From assembly GCA_016721005.1 (NCBI GenBank), contig JADKJM010000016.1, positions 276,053 through 340,052 on the forward strand: a stretch of 64,000 nucleotides of DNA. Reading direction: 5' to 3'. Every line of letters starts with the position of its first letter. The first letter of the stretch is position 1. Below the pieces are notes generated by a model. It was not told the origin of the DNA. It saw only the letters and a list, made by a program, of their open reading frames with translations, and made no database searches. Of this stretch, positions 9,760 to 20,602 are shown piece after piece. The translations under genes and the position numbers were made by a program. This DNA comes from Flavobacteriales bacterium (GTDB lineage: Bacteria; Bacteroidota; Bacteroidia; Flavobacteriales_F; PHOS-HE28).

Positions 9760-10134
9760 TCAACCCTTCTGCGCGAAGTGTTTGCGCAGTAGCACCTTTT
9801 GCAGGCAGCGCAAAACCATCATGCCAGCGAGTTCGGAAAAGCCGCCGCGGCTCATGGCCGCATCCACCATGCGCTCGGTAAGGTCCACGCGGTTGATGGC
9901 ACGCGAAAGCCCTGTGGAACCGATGCGCTGCCAGCGCTCCAGTGCATGCAGCACATGTGCGCGCAGCGACTCGAAGGCTGCATTGCTCACGGCTGGTAGA
10001 GGCAGATCCGCTTCACCAAGATCCAGATCCTTGCGCAGCTGGGCCACCGTGGCCGCGAGTACCTCGGTACGGTCCAGCGCCAGTACCAAGCCATCAGCCT
10101 CCGCTTTCGACAGTGTGGTGTTCACCCCGGACAT
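9760..10134 (-). CDS. hypothetical small protein (124 aa), uncertain
   Basis: The ORF has protein-like alpha-helical composition. The opposite-strand frame across the same region is Arg/Ser-rich junk, which is typical of antisense to a real gene. No recognisable motif. Confidence 0.3.
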   Translation of the reverse strand: MSGVNTTLSKAEADGLVLALDRTEVLAATVAQLRKDLDLGEADLPLPAVSNAAFESLRAHVLHALERWQRIGSTGLSRAINRVDLTERMVDAAMSRGGFSELAGMMVLRCLQKVLLRKHFAQKG

Positions 10135-10213
10135 GTGGATCGCAAAGGTCGCATGGCGCTGGCACTATTTTCGCCCGGCGCGATCCATTCATCAAGACCA
10201 CATCCCAATAGCA

Positions 10214-11092
10214 ATGCGTTCGACCCTGCTCCTCTCCCTCGCCTTTCTTCTATCGTTCACACTCAAGGCCCAGTACGGAACCTTCGACGCCGCTGCCGTG
10301 AAAGCAGCGAAGGCCACCACCATGATCGTGGTTCTCGATGCGGGTGATTCACCCTACAACCGGACGATCATGAACGCGGTGAAAAGCGAATGGAAGTTCA
10401 CGACCGCTTACGAATTCGTCACGGTCGCGGAGTTGGGCGCCATGCCCATCGACCCGACCAGGACCTATTTGTTGAAGACCGCGAAAGTGGACCCGGTGAA
10501 ATACGAGGCCACCTTCCTCACGCTGGTGCGCGGTTGGAAACAAAAGAAGGGCGAGCCTCTGGAGCAGAAGAACAACGCCTTCACCAGCATCGCCTCCGAG
10601 AATGAACTGGCCTTCATCATGATCGACCCGAAAGCGATCAGCGACAAGAACATGGCGCCGATGCTCATGATCTACATCAAGCACCTACAGGATTACTTGA
10701 AATTGGTGGAGGCCGGCAAGGTCACGGACAAGGCCACAGCCGACCGGACCTACGCGAGCCGGTCCCGTTTGGTGCGCGACACCGAGTTGCTGATCGCTGC
10801 CGATCACCTGGACAAGAGCCTGCCCGATGCAAGTGCGGTGAAGGTGAACTATACGTCCGCCGTGCGCGTAGTGAGTTTGTCGGACTTGGTGAACGCGGTG
10901 AATTCAGGGGATCGCAGCATCACGGTGAGCGATGTGGTGATGACCGGGGAATACAAGAACAAGCATTGCTTCAAGCGCGTCTTCAACGCGGGTACTGGTG
11001 AGTTGATGTACCAAAGTGATGATGCCGCCCTTTATGGAAAGAAGGAAGGCTTCATCGACGTGGACCTGAAGAACATCGAGCGCGCTCGCTAA
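10214..11092 (+). CDS. hypothetical secreted protein
   Basis: ATG at 10214 is followed by signal peptide MRSTLLLSLAFLLSFTLKAQ. The ORF track extension back to 9728 is non-protein-like. No recognisable domain. Confidence 0.55.
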   Translation: MRSTLLLSLAFLLSFTLKAQYGTFDAAAVKAAKATTMIVVLDAGDSPYNRTIMNAVKSEWKFTTAYEFVTVAELGAMPIDPTRTYLLKTAKVDPVKYEATFLTLVRGWKQKKGEPLEQKNNAFTSIASENELAFIMIDPKAISDKNMAPMLMIYIKHLQDYLKLVEAGKVTDKATADRTYASRSRLVRDTELLIAADHLDKSLPDASAVKVNYTSAVRVVSLSDLVNAVNSGDRSITVSDVVMTGEYKNKHCFKRVFNAGTGELMYQSDDAALYGKKEGFIDVDLKNIERAR

Positions 11093-11107
11093 TAGGCTCC
11101 GCTACTC

Positions 11108-11632
11108 ATGTCCCGCGAACGCCTCCTGCGTCAGTTCGATCGTATGGAGCGCGACCGGCAGGATATCTTGAAGCGCTTGGAAGGAGCGGATCCTGAGCGG
11201 CTGGCCACTTCTCCGGGTGAGCATGCATGGTCCATCGCACAAGTGATCACCCACCTCGCGATCGCCGAGGAAGGTGGGCTGGCCTACCTGAACAAGAAAC
11301 TGGAAATGAAGAAGCATGGCCCTGTCGGGATCTCTTCCCATTGGCGACTCTTCCTATTGAACATCGCGGTACGGTTACCGATCAAATACAAAGCACCAGC
11401 GATCGTGGCGGATGTCCCCGCGACATCCTATGCGCAGGCCCGGCAGCGCTGGAGCGCTGTTCGTGAACGGATGCGTGAAGCCTACACGAAGATCGATGCG
11501 TCATTCATCGGACACGACCTCTACAAGCATCCGATGGCCGGTCGGTTCAACCTGATCCAGGGCGTGCGGTTCATGCGCCGGCATGTGCAACACCATAAGG
11601 CGCAGATCCATCGGACCCTCCGCCAAGTGTGA
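11108..11632 (+). CDS. DinB/YfiT-like (DinB_2 superfamily) metal-dependent protein
   Basis: 174 aa with His-containing helices (HAWSIAQVITHLAIAEE ... MRRHVQHHKAQIHRTL), as in DinB-family four-helix-bundle proteins. Confidence 0.65.
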   Translation: MSRERLLRQFDRMERDRQDILKRLEGADPERLATSPGEHAWSIAQVITHLAIAEEGGLAYLNKKLEMKKHGPVGISSHWRLFLLNIAVRLPIKYKAPAIVADVPATSYAQARQRWSAVRERMREAYTKIDASFIGHDLYKHPMAGRFNLIQGVRFMRRHVQHHKAQIHRTLRQV

Positions 11633-11690
11633 TCGTTAGGCCGATCCCGCAGAGTTGTTACATTGTGGTGAATACTAAACCCCATTCACC

Positions 11691-13559
11691 ATGCGTCTTA
11701 CTACGCTTTCCTTGTCCTTCGCCCTTGCCTGCTCGGCTTGGGGCGCCCATTTGCCCGGCGGCAGTATCACATACACCTGCCTCGGTAACAACCAGTACGA
11801 GGTGATCCTCCAGCTTTGGCGGGAGTGTACCGGAGCGCCCATGATCGATCAATCGCTCAAATTCTCGAACGATTGCGGCGTTTCCTTTACGCTGAACAGC
11901 ATCCCCGAGATCTCCATGGAGGATGCCTCTCCCGTTTGCGAAGACCAAGTGGGCCATACCACCTGCGACGGCGGCCAGTTGATCGGCATCCAATTGTACA
12001 CCTACCGGACCACCTTGTTCCTGAGTCCATGCAATTCATGGACGATCAGCTGGGATGTGTGCTGTAGGAACGCCTCGGTGAACCTGGTCGGTGAACAGGG
12101 CATCTACATAGAAGCGAGATTGAACAACGCGAACGGCGTTTGTGTCACCTCCCCGACCTTCACCGAGAACCGTCCGCCCTTCGCATGTGTGGACCAACCC
12201 GTGAGCTACGATCTGGGGGTTACCGGCGGCACCCAGTCCAACCTGCGTTTCCGCCTCATCGCCGCGCGTCGCGCCCTGCCTGATGTGCAGGATGTGAGTT
12301 ACCAGTTCCCATATAGCGGCGATGAACCCTTCACCGGCTTGGTACTGGACACGATCACCGGGAACATCACCTTCACGCCCACGATCCAAGGGTATATCGT
12401 GGTGGTGGTGGAGGTGGATCTGTACGATGCGAACGGTGTATGGCGAGGTAGTATCATGCGCGATTTCCCCTTCGTGGCCGAGGTATGCTCCAACCATGTA
12501 CCGGACGCCGCAAGCGGCACGGTCACCATCATCTCGGGTGATGCGGTGGCTTCGGCCGCCTATACCGTGGATAATTGTTCCTCCGACCACTTCTGCCTTT
12601 CCATGGAAGTGGTGGATACCGACGCTGACCAGGAGTTGTCGTTGACGAGCAACGTGGACATGGTGCTTCCGGGTGCCAGCTTCGAGGTGATGGGTACCAA
12701 CCCAGCGGTGGCCACCATCTGCTGGGATCCCACAGGCGCCAGCCCCGGTACGCGCACCTTCACCATCTCCGCCTTGGATGATGCCTGTCCGGTGCGTGGG
12801 TCGCAGTCCTATACATACGTCGTCAATGTGGGCACACCAACGAATGCGGGGACGAGTTCCACCGTGCAGTTCTGTGATGTGGTCGCGTTGGGAGACACCA
12901 TCAGCCTGTTGGGTGGTACACCCGATCATGGTGGCGCATGGAGCGACCTCGGTGATGGAGTACTGCAATACGAGGTGGAAGGTGTGGGCGGATGCGTATC
13001 GAGCAGTGCCACGCTTACGATCGAGGTGGTCGCTTCCTCCAACGCTGGCGTGGATGGCGAGGCCGAGGTTTGTGCCGTGCAGGATCCTTTTGCAATGGTG
13101 GATCTCCTTGCCAATGCGGATAATGGTGGGACCTGGATCATCGAGGGTGTCGCACACGATGGGATGTTCGACCCGGCGATGGATGCGGCCGGCACGTATT
13201 GCTATGTTATGCAGGCCTCTGCGCCGTGTTTGAACGATACTGCGTGTGCCACCATCACCATCCTGGACCCCACCGATCCGATCTGCATCAGCCTGGGTAT
13301 ATCGGAGATCGGTTCCGACGTGATCCACCTTTCTCCCAACCCGAGCACCGGGCGCGTGGTGGTGACCGGCATGGAGATGACCTGTGTTCGAGCCGAGGTG
13401 TTGGATGCACAGGGCCGCATCGTGTATGCCCAACGGATGCATGCGGCTTCCACCCTTCAGGTCGATCTGCCAGCCGGGGTCATCAATGGCGCGTACATGC
13501 TTCGCCTCCACTTCGCGGATGGGACGACCGATCTGCAACGCTTCGAATTGCTGCGTTGA
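11691..13559 (+). CDS. secreted protein with C-terminal T9SS type-A (Por secretion) sorting domain
   Basis: Signal peptide MRLTTLSLSFALACSAWGA. The C-terminus (LSPNPSTGRVVVTG...GAYMLRLHFADGTTDLQRFELLR) matches the TIGR04183-type Por C-terminal domain pattern. Confidence 0.7.
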   Translation: MRLTTLSLSFALACSAWGAHLPGGSITYTCLGNNQYEVILQLWRECTGAPMIDQSLKFSNDCGVSFTLNSIPEISMEDASPVCEDQVGHTTCDGGQLIGIQLYTYRTTLFLSPCNSWTISWDVCCRNASVNLVGEQGIYIEARLNNANGVCVTSPTFTENRPPFACVDQPVSYDLGVTGGTQSNLRFRLIAARRALPDVQDVSYQFPYSGDEPFTGLVLDTITGNITFTPTIQGYIVVVVEVDLYDANGVWRGSIMRDFPFVAEVCSNHVPDAASGTVTIISGDAVASAAYTVDNCSSDHFCLSMEVVDTDADQELSLTSNVDMVLPGASFEVMGTNPAVATICWDPTGASPGTRTFTISALDDACPVRGSQSYTYVVNVGTPTNAGTSSTVQFCDVVALGDTISLLGGTPDHGGAWSDLGDGVLQYEVEGVGGCVSSSATLTIEVVASSNAGVDGEAEVCAVQDPFAMVDLLANADNGGTWIIEGVAHDGMFDPAMDAAGTYCYVMQASAPCLNDTACATITILDPTDPICISLGISEIGSDVIHLSPNPSTGRVVVTGMEMTCVRAEVLDAQGRIVYAQRMHAASTLQVDLPAGVINGAYMLRLHFADGTTDLQRFELLR

Positions 13560-13577
13560 CCATCACCATGAATTGAA

Positions 13578-13612
13578 CGTCGAAGGGCTCCGAACACCAC
13601 GGGGCCCTTCGA
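13578..13612. terminator. bidirectional hairpin terminator between convergent genes
   Basis: gtcgaagggc-(15 nt)-gcccttcgac: a 10-bp perfect stem lying between the 13559 stop (+) and the 13624 stop (-). Confidence 0.5.
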
Positions 13613-13623
13613 CATTCAATGCC

Positions 13624-14571
13624 TCACTGTGTGCGTGCCATGAGCTGATCGGCCAAGACGAACAACGGCGCTTTGCGTTCCATCGGAACGTTCATCACAT
13701 GCAGATCCTCCAAAGCCTTCGTTTCCAAGCCTTGCACCAGCGCTTCCGCTTCGGCCCGTACACCGGAGCGGCCCAGCGCTTCGATCATCCGTTCCACATT
13801 ACGTGATCCGGCTTCCTTGCGGAGTTCCACCTGCAAAGCATCCAGACCATCCGCGCGTTCCTTTTCCAGACCACGGATCAGGATCCAGGTCTTCTTTCCG
13901 GCCAGGAGATCACCGCCGCGCTGCTTGCCGGTCCGTTGCGGATCACCGAAGGCATCCAGCAGATCATCACGCAGCTGAAAGGCAAGGCCGATGCGTTCAC
14001 CGAACTCACCGATCCGTTCGACATCCGCTTCCGGGGCGTTCGCCAGCGCTGCACCGATCCGCATGGAACACGCGAGCAGCACAGCCGTTTTCAGGCGAAC
14101 CATCTCCATGTACTCCGCCGTGCTCACCCGATCGCGCAGCTCGAAGTCCATGTCCAGCTGTTGCCCTTCACAAACCTCCAAGGCATGCTGGCTGAAGATC
14201 CGCAACGCGCGCGGATCCCGGCCCAACAACTCATACGCCTTCACCAACAAGGCATCGCCACTGAGGATCGCCGCGTTCGTATTCCATTTCACATGCACGG
14301 TGGCATCGCCGCGCCGCAAGGGTGAAGCGTCCATGATGTCGTCGTGCATCAGGGTGAAGTTGTGGAAGAGCTCGATGCCCAGGGCTTCGTCCAGCACATC
14401 CTCCGCTTTGCCGCCATACAGTTCGTGGGCCATCAGCAGGGCGATGGGGCGGATCCGCTTTGCAGGAAGCTGAAGCAAATAGGCCATGGGCGGATAGAGC
14501 CCCAAGGCAGGTAGTCCGGCGCACCACGCCGCAATGCGCGCCTCCACCAGATCCTTCAACCGTTGCATCAC
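13624..14571 (-). CDS. polyprenyl diphosphate synthase (trans-isoprenyl diphosphate synthase family)
   Basis: The two Asp-rich motifs are present: LMHDDIMD (FARM) and FQLRDDLLD (SARM). Confidence 0.85.
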   Translation of the reverse strand: MMQRLKDLVEARIAAWCAGLPALGLYPPMAYLLQLPAKRIRPIALLMAHELYGGKAEDVLDEALGIELFHNFTLMHDDIMDASPLRRGDATVHVKWNTNAAILSGDALLVKAYELLGRDPRALRIFSQHALEVCEGQQLDMDFELRDRVSTAEYMEMVRLKTAVLLACSMRIGAALANAPEADVERIGEFGERIGLAFQLRDDLLDAFGDPQRTGKQRGGDLLAGKKTWILIRGLEKERADGLDALQVELRKEAGSRNVERMIEALGRSGVRAEAEALVQGLETKALEDLHVMNVPMERKAPLFVLADQLMARTQ

Positions 14572-15437
14572 ACTTGACCGTCGGCGACTTTCAACAGGTA
14601 CTCTCCGTAGCCGCTCTTGCGCAATGGCTCTGCGAGTTCTCGCAGCCGGTCAGCGTTGATGAAGTTGCGTCGGAAGGCGACCTCTTCGATGCAGCCGATC
14701 CTTCTGCCTTGCCGCTCCTCGATCACCTGCACATACTGTCCGGCCTGCATCAGCGAAGCGAAGGTTCCGGTATCCAGCCACGCGGTACCACGATCCAGCA
14801 CTTGCACTTTCAACCGCCCTTGGCGCAGGTATTCCTTGTTCACATCGGTGATCTCGTACTCGCCACGCGCACTGGGCTTCAGGTCGCGCGCGATGTCCAG
14901 CACGCTATTGTCGTAGAAGTAAAGACCCGGCACGGCGTAGTTGCTCTTGGGTTTCGTGGGTTTCTCCTCGATGCTCTTCGCCTTGAAGGCCTCATCGAAC
15001 GCCACCACGCCGTAGCGTTCCGGATCGCTCACACGGTAGGCGAATACCAGTCCACCATCCACCGCATGGTTCTCCATCAGTTTCGTTCCGAGCCCGCTGC
15101 CGTGGAAGATGTTGTCGCCAAGGATCAAGGCCACATGCTCCTTGCCCACATGCTCCCGGCCGATGACGAAGGCCTGCGCCAGACCGTTGGGTACGGCTTG
15201 TTCCGCGTACGTGAACTCGCATCCGAGGCGTGCACCGTCACCGAGCAGTTTCCTGAAGTGCGGTAGGTCGTGCGGCGTGCTGATGATGAGCACCTCCCGG
15301 ATGCCTGCGGCCATGAGCGTGCTCAACGGGTAGTAGATCATCGGTTTGTCGTACACCGGCATGAGCTGCTTGCTCACCGCGAGTGTCAACGGGTGCAGGC
15401 GTGTGCCGGATCCTCCGGCTAGTATGATCCCCTTCAT
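14568..15437 (-). CDS. rfbA: glucose-1-phosphate thymidylyltransferase
   Basis: [18 protein letters not shown] nucleotidyltransferase signature with RmlA-like length (289 aa). 4-bp overlap with the downstream gene. Confidence 0.9.
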   Translation of the reverse strand: MKGIILAGGSGTRLHPLTLAVSKQLMPVYDKPMIYYPLSTLMAAGIREVLIISTPHDLPHFRKLLGDGARLGCEFTYAEQAVPNGLAQAFVIGREHVGKEHVALILGDNIFHGSGLGTKLMENHAVDGGLVFAYRVSDPERYGVVAFDEAFKAKSIEEKPTKPKSNYAVPGLYFYDNSVLDIARDLKPSARGEYEITDVNKEYLRQGRLKVQVLDRGTAWLDTGTFASLMQAGQYVQVIEERQGRRIGCIEEVAFRRNFINADRLRELAEPLRKSGYGEYLLKVADGQV

Positions 15438-17865
15438 GGTCTTGGTTCATCGGCCTTCTTACCGGAGGTGCGCAATGCACTTCCATCGATCGGCCCTTCC
15501 AATTTCAACTCGTCCAGGTCGATATCCGACTCCTCGTCCAGGATATCCAATAACGGTTCGTCGAAGGCTTTGGTGGTAGCGGTCTTCTCGAAGCTCAACA
15601 ACAAGGATGGCAGGATGATGAGGTTGGTACACATCGCCACCAACAAGGTGAAGGAGATGAGCGTCCCCAAAGCTTGTGTGCCGCCGAAGTCGGAGAAGAC
15701 GAAAAGGCTGAAGCCGCAGAACAACACGATGCTGGTGTACATCATGCTCACCCCTGCTTCGTGCAGCGCGCCGAGCACGCTCTGTCTCACGTTGTGGCCG
15801 GTGAGTTTCAGTTCCTGCCGGTACTTGCTGAGGTAGTGGATGGCATCATCCACCGCAATGCCGAATGCGATGCTGAACACCAGCAACGTGCTGGGTTTGA
15901 TCGCGACATCGAGATAGCCCATGAGGCCCGCTGTGGTGATCAGCGGTATCAGGTTGGGGATCAGGGAGACCACCACCATGCGCGCCGAATTGAAGAGCAA
16001 GGCCATGAGGCCGGCGATCGCGATCACCGCGAGGATCAAGGAGATCGCCAGGTTCTTCACCATGTACTTGCTTCCCTCCAGGAAGACCACACTGGTGCCG
16101 GTGAGCGTCACCCGGTAATCCTTTGGTGCATAGATGGAATCCACCTCTGCGCGCAGTCGGCCCATGAGCTCATCCATACGCTCGGTTCCGACATCGGCCA
16201 CCTGCATGGTGAGCCGCGTGGTGCGCTTGTGCTCGTCCAGGAACGCCCGTGCGATCCCGCCCTTGTCCTGTGCCGCTTCCAGATAGGGCAGGATGAAACT
16301 CTTCTCCGTGCTGTTGAGCAGGGCATAGCGTGCGGGATCGCCGCCATAGAAGGCCTGCTTGATGAACTTCACCGCGTCGGCGATGGAGAGTGATCTTGAG
16401 AGTTCCGGATAGGTGCTCAACGAATCCTGTAGGCGCGACATGCGCTTGAGGTTCGCATCCTTCAACGCTTGCCCGTCCTTCCTGGTATCCACCACCACTT
16501 CCAAAGGGAGCACACCTTTGAATCGACTTTCGAAGAAACGCAGGTCCTGCATCACCGGATCGTCCATGGGGAGGTCATCCACCACATGGGCCTCGTCCTT
16601 CAGTTGCATCACGCCCAGCAACCCGACCACCAACACAAGGCCGGTGATGGCATAGACCATGGGCCGGTGATACTGAACGATATCGATCAGCCAGTTCGTG
16701 CTGCGGTCCACCCATTTCCGGTCCAGGTGTGCCAAGTGCTTCTCCTCCGGATCACCTTGGAAGCTCATCATGATCGGCACGAGCAACAGGCTCAAAGCGA
16801 AGATCGCCATGATGTTCAACGAAGCGATGATGCCGAACTGCTTCAGCACATCGCTGTAGGTGAAGATGAAGGTGCCGAAGCCTGCGGCCGTGGTGGCATT
16901 GGTCATGAACGAGGCCCTGCCCACACGGTAGATCACCCGTGTCAGTCCTTTCACCCGGTTGCGATGTGAGAGGAACTCGTGATGGTATTTGTTGATGAGG
17001 AAGATGCAATTCGGGATGCCGATCACGATGATGAGCGGTGGGATCACGGCCATGACCACGGTAAGCTTGTAGCCCAAGAGGCCTATGGACCCCAATGCCC
17101 AGATCACGCTGACGGCCACCACGGTGAGGCACACGAACATCACGCGCCAGCTTCGGAAGAACAGCAGCAGCAGCAAGGCCACCACCAGGACCATAAGCCC
17201 GACGAACATCCTCAACTCGCTCTTGGTGCGCTCCGTGACCACCGTACGGATGAAGGGCAGGCCACTGTGGTAAACAGGGAAACGACCCTTGGCGAATTCA
17301 TCCACACGCGCGGTGATGAGATCCACCATGTCGCCCCGATCCTCACTGTTGAAGCGCTCGGGGTTCACGAATACCATCATCAAGCTGGCGTGCGTGCTAT
17401 CGTTGTAAAGAAGCCCTTTGTAGAACGGTAGGGAGCGGACAACACGGATGATGCTGTCCACCTTCACCTGGCTCTCCGGCTTGCGGCGTACCACCGGGGA
17501 GAGGTTGAACTTCTTCAGGCTGTCATTGCGGATGAGTGTGAAGATGTGCGCTTCGGAGAACACCGAATCCACACCCGGTTGCTGCTTGAGGTCCTGGCCC
17601 AGTTGCCACCACGCTTGAAGTTGTCGAGCTCGTAAAGCCGCGGATCCTCCACGCCCAGTACGATGATGTTCCCGTTCTCGGAGAAATTGGCCAGCAATTC
17701 CTCGTACTGCACGTATGCGCTGTCCGTCTTGGGCAGCAGGCCACCGAACTTGTAACTCACCTTCACATTCCGGGTCTGCAGGCCGAGGAACACGGTGATC
17801 ACCCCGATCACCACCAGGATGCCATAGCGGTTCCGAAGGATCCTACTGGATAGCCAAGCCCACAT
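15434..17865 (-). pseudogene. MMPL/RND-superfamily transporter gene interrupted by a single-base frameshift near 17624
   Basis: The N-terminal 116-aa ORF (MWAWLSSRILRNRYGILVVIGVITVFLG...LGVEDPRLYELDNFK) continues in the -1 frame as AWWQLGQDLKQQPGVDSVFSEAHIF into the 712-aa ORF. One missing G (aaggcg read as aagcg) would restore a single ORF of about 810 aa. Confidence 0.7.
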
Positions 17866-17941
17866 TCTTCCTTGCTCGAAAAGCGAAGGCCCAAAGGTGC
17901 GAATTGCGGAGTGGACGGGCGCGGATGGGCGACAGCGTCTT

Positions 17942-20404
17942 CTATTTCCCCAGCACCAGCCCGATCGTGGCCTTCACCACCAGGTTGTCCGCAGGGTCCG
18001 GGAAGCTGTTCGGTCCCATGCGATAGAAGGCCCCGACGCCAAGGCCGGTGAACCCCAGCCGCAGGACATTATCGATCTGCAAACCGCCCTCATAGAACCC
18101 ATCGGCGAGTGGCGTGAAGGTGTATCCCCGATGTCTTTCCGGATGGCTGAGCGAACCCCACGCGGCATTCACCACGATCACCGGAACCGGCCTGAACCAC
18201 TTCCCTTCATAGAGCAACTTCCCAAAACTGTGGCGGAGGTGGATGCTCCCATAACGATCGGCCAGGAATTCGTTCGGCCGCATGGTCTCGAAGGTGTTCT
18301 GTGTCGCAATGGGTGTGCGCGGTTGGTTGGATCCCCGCAGATCGTAGAGGTAGGTGTAGGGTGAAGTGTCCTCCACGATGCCACCGAGTATGCGCACGCC
18401 CAGCACGCCCAGCATGCGCAACCGGAAGCTCTTCTCGATCATGGCATCCACGCGCCAGAGATCGCGCTCACCAGCATACAAACCTTTCACGGCATTCATC
18501 ACCTGCACATGCAGGACCGGCCATTTGCTCGGGAGCGCATACTGCCTGTCGGGGAGTCGGACCAATTGTTCTCGCCATGCGAAGCGGAAGCCGAGTGAAA
18601 CGGTCCCGAGCAAGGTGCGGTCGCTGAGTACGGTCACGCCCTCCGCGACGGGTTCCGCGTATTGATAGCCGATCAGGTTACGGCGCTCGTTGCGTTCGGA
18701 GGCGAGCCACATCCGTGTGGAACTGCCGACCCGCCACGAAAGCTCCGCGCCGTACCGTTCCACTTGGTCCATGCGATCCACGTAGAGCCACCGGTAGCTC
18801 TCGGTGCTGGTCATGCTGTTGCGCACACCGGGGAAGGCCACGCCGCCGCTTTCCACCACATCGTATTCATAGAAGCCTTTCAACTCCGGTCCGATCCCCG
18901 GCTTCGGCTTCACCACCAGCTCACCGCCGAACTTGGATGCGGCATCCACGAAGCCGTAAGCGTAGTAGCCGCCGATCGACGCGTAGCGCGTGAGTTTGTC
19001 GTTGGTATTGAAGCCAGCTCCCAAACGAAGCCCTTCGTATCCGTTGTACCGCGCGATCCGGTCCAATCGTAGATCGAACGGGCCAAGGGGTAACCGGCCC
19101 GTGGTGAGCCGCTCGAACCATTTGAGCTTCGTTTCGATATGCTCCACTTCACTGATGCTGTCGATGGTATGGTAGGTGCGGAGTTCCTTGGGTTGGAGTG
19201 AGTCCACGCGGAGTCCGTTCCAAAAAGCCTCATCGCGGCGCGCGGCGAGACGATCCATCACCAGTTCCGGTCCGCGCACTTCCTTGCGGGGGATCGGCAC
19301 ATCCACTTCAATGTCCTTCAGGTAGATGCGCCCGATGCCCATCATCTTGAAGGTGTTCACTTGGATGAAGTCGAAGAAGAGGAAGGTGTTCAGTTGCACC
19401 GGGAACCACACGCCCGACACGCGGTCGAACTGCTGTTGCAGTTTGATGTTCGTGCCCTTGTCGCGCACGTTGGGTTCGGCGATCACGTGTTGGATCGCGT
19501 AGCCATCGGTATTCACCCAGAGCACGCCTTTGAGCGCATCGAACTTGCGTCCATGTCGTGGCCGGTAGCTGATCACGTACACCGAATCGCGGCCTTGGTA
19601 CAGCGTGTCCTCCACGATGAACAGGTAACGGTCCGTGCTGTTCGGGCCGATGGGTCCGAGGTAGCTCTTCTCGTTGATGGAGATCTGCGGTGAATAGATA
19701 CTGAACGTCTTCGTGCTCGCCGCCAACGCTAAAAGCGTCGGGTCCTTCAGTCCGCTCACGCGCATGGCCAACACTTCCTCCTTCTCCGCGGCCGGTGGAA
19801 TGAAGCTCTTGCGCGTGGCGCTTTCGATCAGGAGCAAGTGCTGCTTATCGAAGAAGTCGACAGCTTCCTTGTCGCTGCTATCCAATGCGGCTAAGCGCGC
19901 CGGATCGTTCAGCAACGCGCTGTCCATGGCGGCCGTGAACACCGTCTTGCCATAGCTGGTATAGCGGTGCGATCGCTGCCGCATGCTGTCGTTCAACTTG
20001 CGGTTCGCGTACACGCGGTCGATGATCCGGTGCGCAGGATTCTCTCCCGGCAGGATCCGCACTTCCTTCAACTCGAACTGCGCGCGGTGCATGCGGATGA
20101 TCCCTGGGCTTGCATCATTCACCACGACTTGTAGCGCTTCATAGCCCACGTAGCTGAATGCCAACCGCAATGGAAGCACGGGCAAGACGATCGCGAACCG
20201 TCCATCGATGTCCGTGGTCGTGCCTTGGCGTGCATCCACCGGCAACACATGCACGAAGGCCAGTGGTTCCAGTGTGCGGTCATCCACCACCCGACCGTGT
20301 ACCGTCACCTGGCTGTGCAGCTTGGTGAACGATCCGAAAGCGAGTGTAAGAAGGAGCAGGTAGTAGAAGCAACGCATGCGAGGGGCAACGTCCATCGGAC
20401 GCAC
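17942..20404 (-). CDS. CarboxypepD_reg-like domain + DUF5686 family outer-membrane-associated protein
   Basis: 820 aa. Signal peptide, then GRVVDDRTLEPLAFVHVLPVDARQGTTTDIDGRFAI (carboxypeptidase-regulatory-like fold). The long C-terminal region is typical of the Bacteroidota DUF5686 family. Confidence 0.65.
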   Translation of the reverse strand: MRPMDVAPRMRCFYYLLLLTLAFGSFTKLHSQVTVHGRVVDDRTLEPLAFVHVLPVDARQGTTTDIDGRFAIVLPVLPLRLAFSYVGYEALQVVVNDASPGIIRMHRAQFELKEVRILPGENPAHRIIDRVYANRKLNDSMRQRSHRYTSYGKTVFTAAMDSALLNDPARLAALDSSDKEAVDFFDKQHLLLIESATRKSFIPPAAEKEEVLAMRVSGLKDPTLLALAASTKTFSIYSPQISINEKSYLGPIGPNSTDRYLFIVEDTLYQGRDSVYVISYRPRHGRKFDALKGVLWVNTDGYAIQHVIAEPNVRDKGTNIKLQQQFDRVSGVWFPVQLNTFLFFDFIQVNTFKMMGIGRIYLKDIEVDVPIPRKEVRGPELVMDRLAARRDEAFWNGLRVDSLQPKELRTYHTIDSISEVEHIETKLKWFERLTTGRLPLGPFDLRLDRIARYNGYEGLRLGAGFNTNDKLTRYASIGGYYAYGFVDAASKFGGELVVKPKPGIGPELKGFYEYDVVESGGVAFPGVRNSMTSTESYRWLYVDRMDQVERYGAELSWRVGSSTRMWLASERNERRNLIGYQYAEPVAEGVTVLSDRTLLGTVSLGFRFAWREQLVRLPDRQYALPSKWPVLHVQVMNAVKGLYAGERDLWRVDAMIEKSFRLRMLGVLGVRILGGIVEDTSPYTYLYDLRGSNQPRTPIATQNTFETMRPNEFLADRYGSIHLRHSFGKLLYEGKWFRPVPVIVVNAAWGSLSHPERHRGYTFTPLADGFYEGGLQIDNVLRLGFTGLGVGAFYRMGPNSFPDPADNLVVKATIGLVLGK

Positions 20405-20435
20405 GGAGGGTGCCGAAAGTAACAGGCTGTCAACT

Positions 20436-20600
20436 CAAGGGGCAGGGGCAGGAGCAGGAGCAAGTGATCGCTCCAGGTAGGTGGCGCGTTTCCTTTTGTT
20501 GACGAAGCCGCAACGGCCCGCTCGAAGCCACGAACGCTTGCCCCTGCTCCTGCCGACTGCTCCTGCCAACTGCTCCTGCTCCTACGCTCCTACCTTGCTC
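20436..20600. promoter_or_regulatory. large imperfect inverted repeat / CT-rich degenerate tandem in the divergent promoter region upstream of the radical SAM gene
   Basis: Left arm caaggggcaggggcaggagcaggagcaag (20436-20464). Right arm cttgcccctgctcctgcc gactgctcctgcc aactgctcctgctcc (20537-20600). The arms are reverse complements of each other, separated by about 70 bp, and the repeat ends at the ATG at 20603. Confidence 0.4.
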
Positions 20601-20602
20601 CC

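Noticed and set aside
12036-13538. 500-aa minus-strand ORF
   Set aside because: Antisense to the T9SS cargo gene 11691..13559, which itself has a signal peptide and sorting domain.
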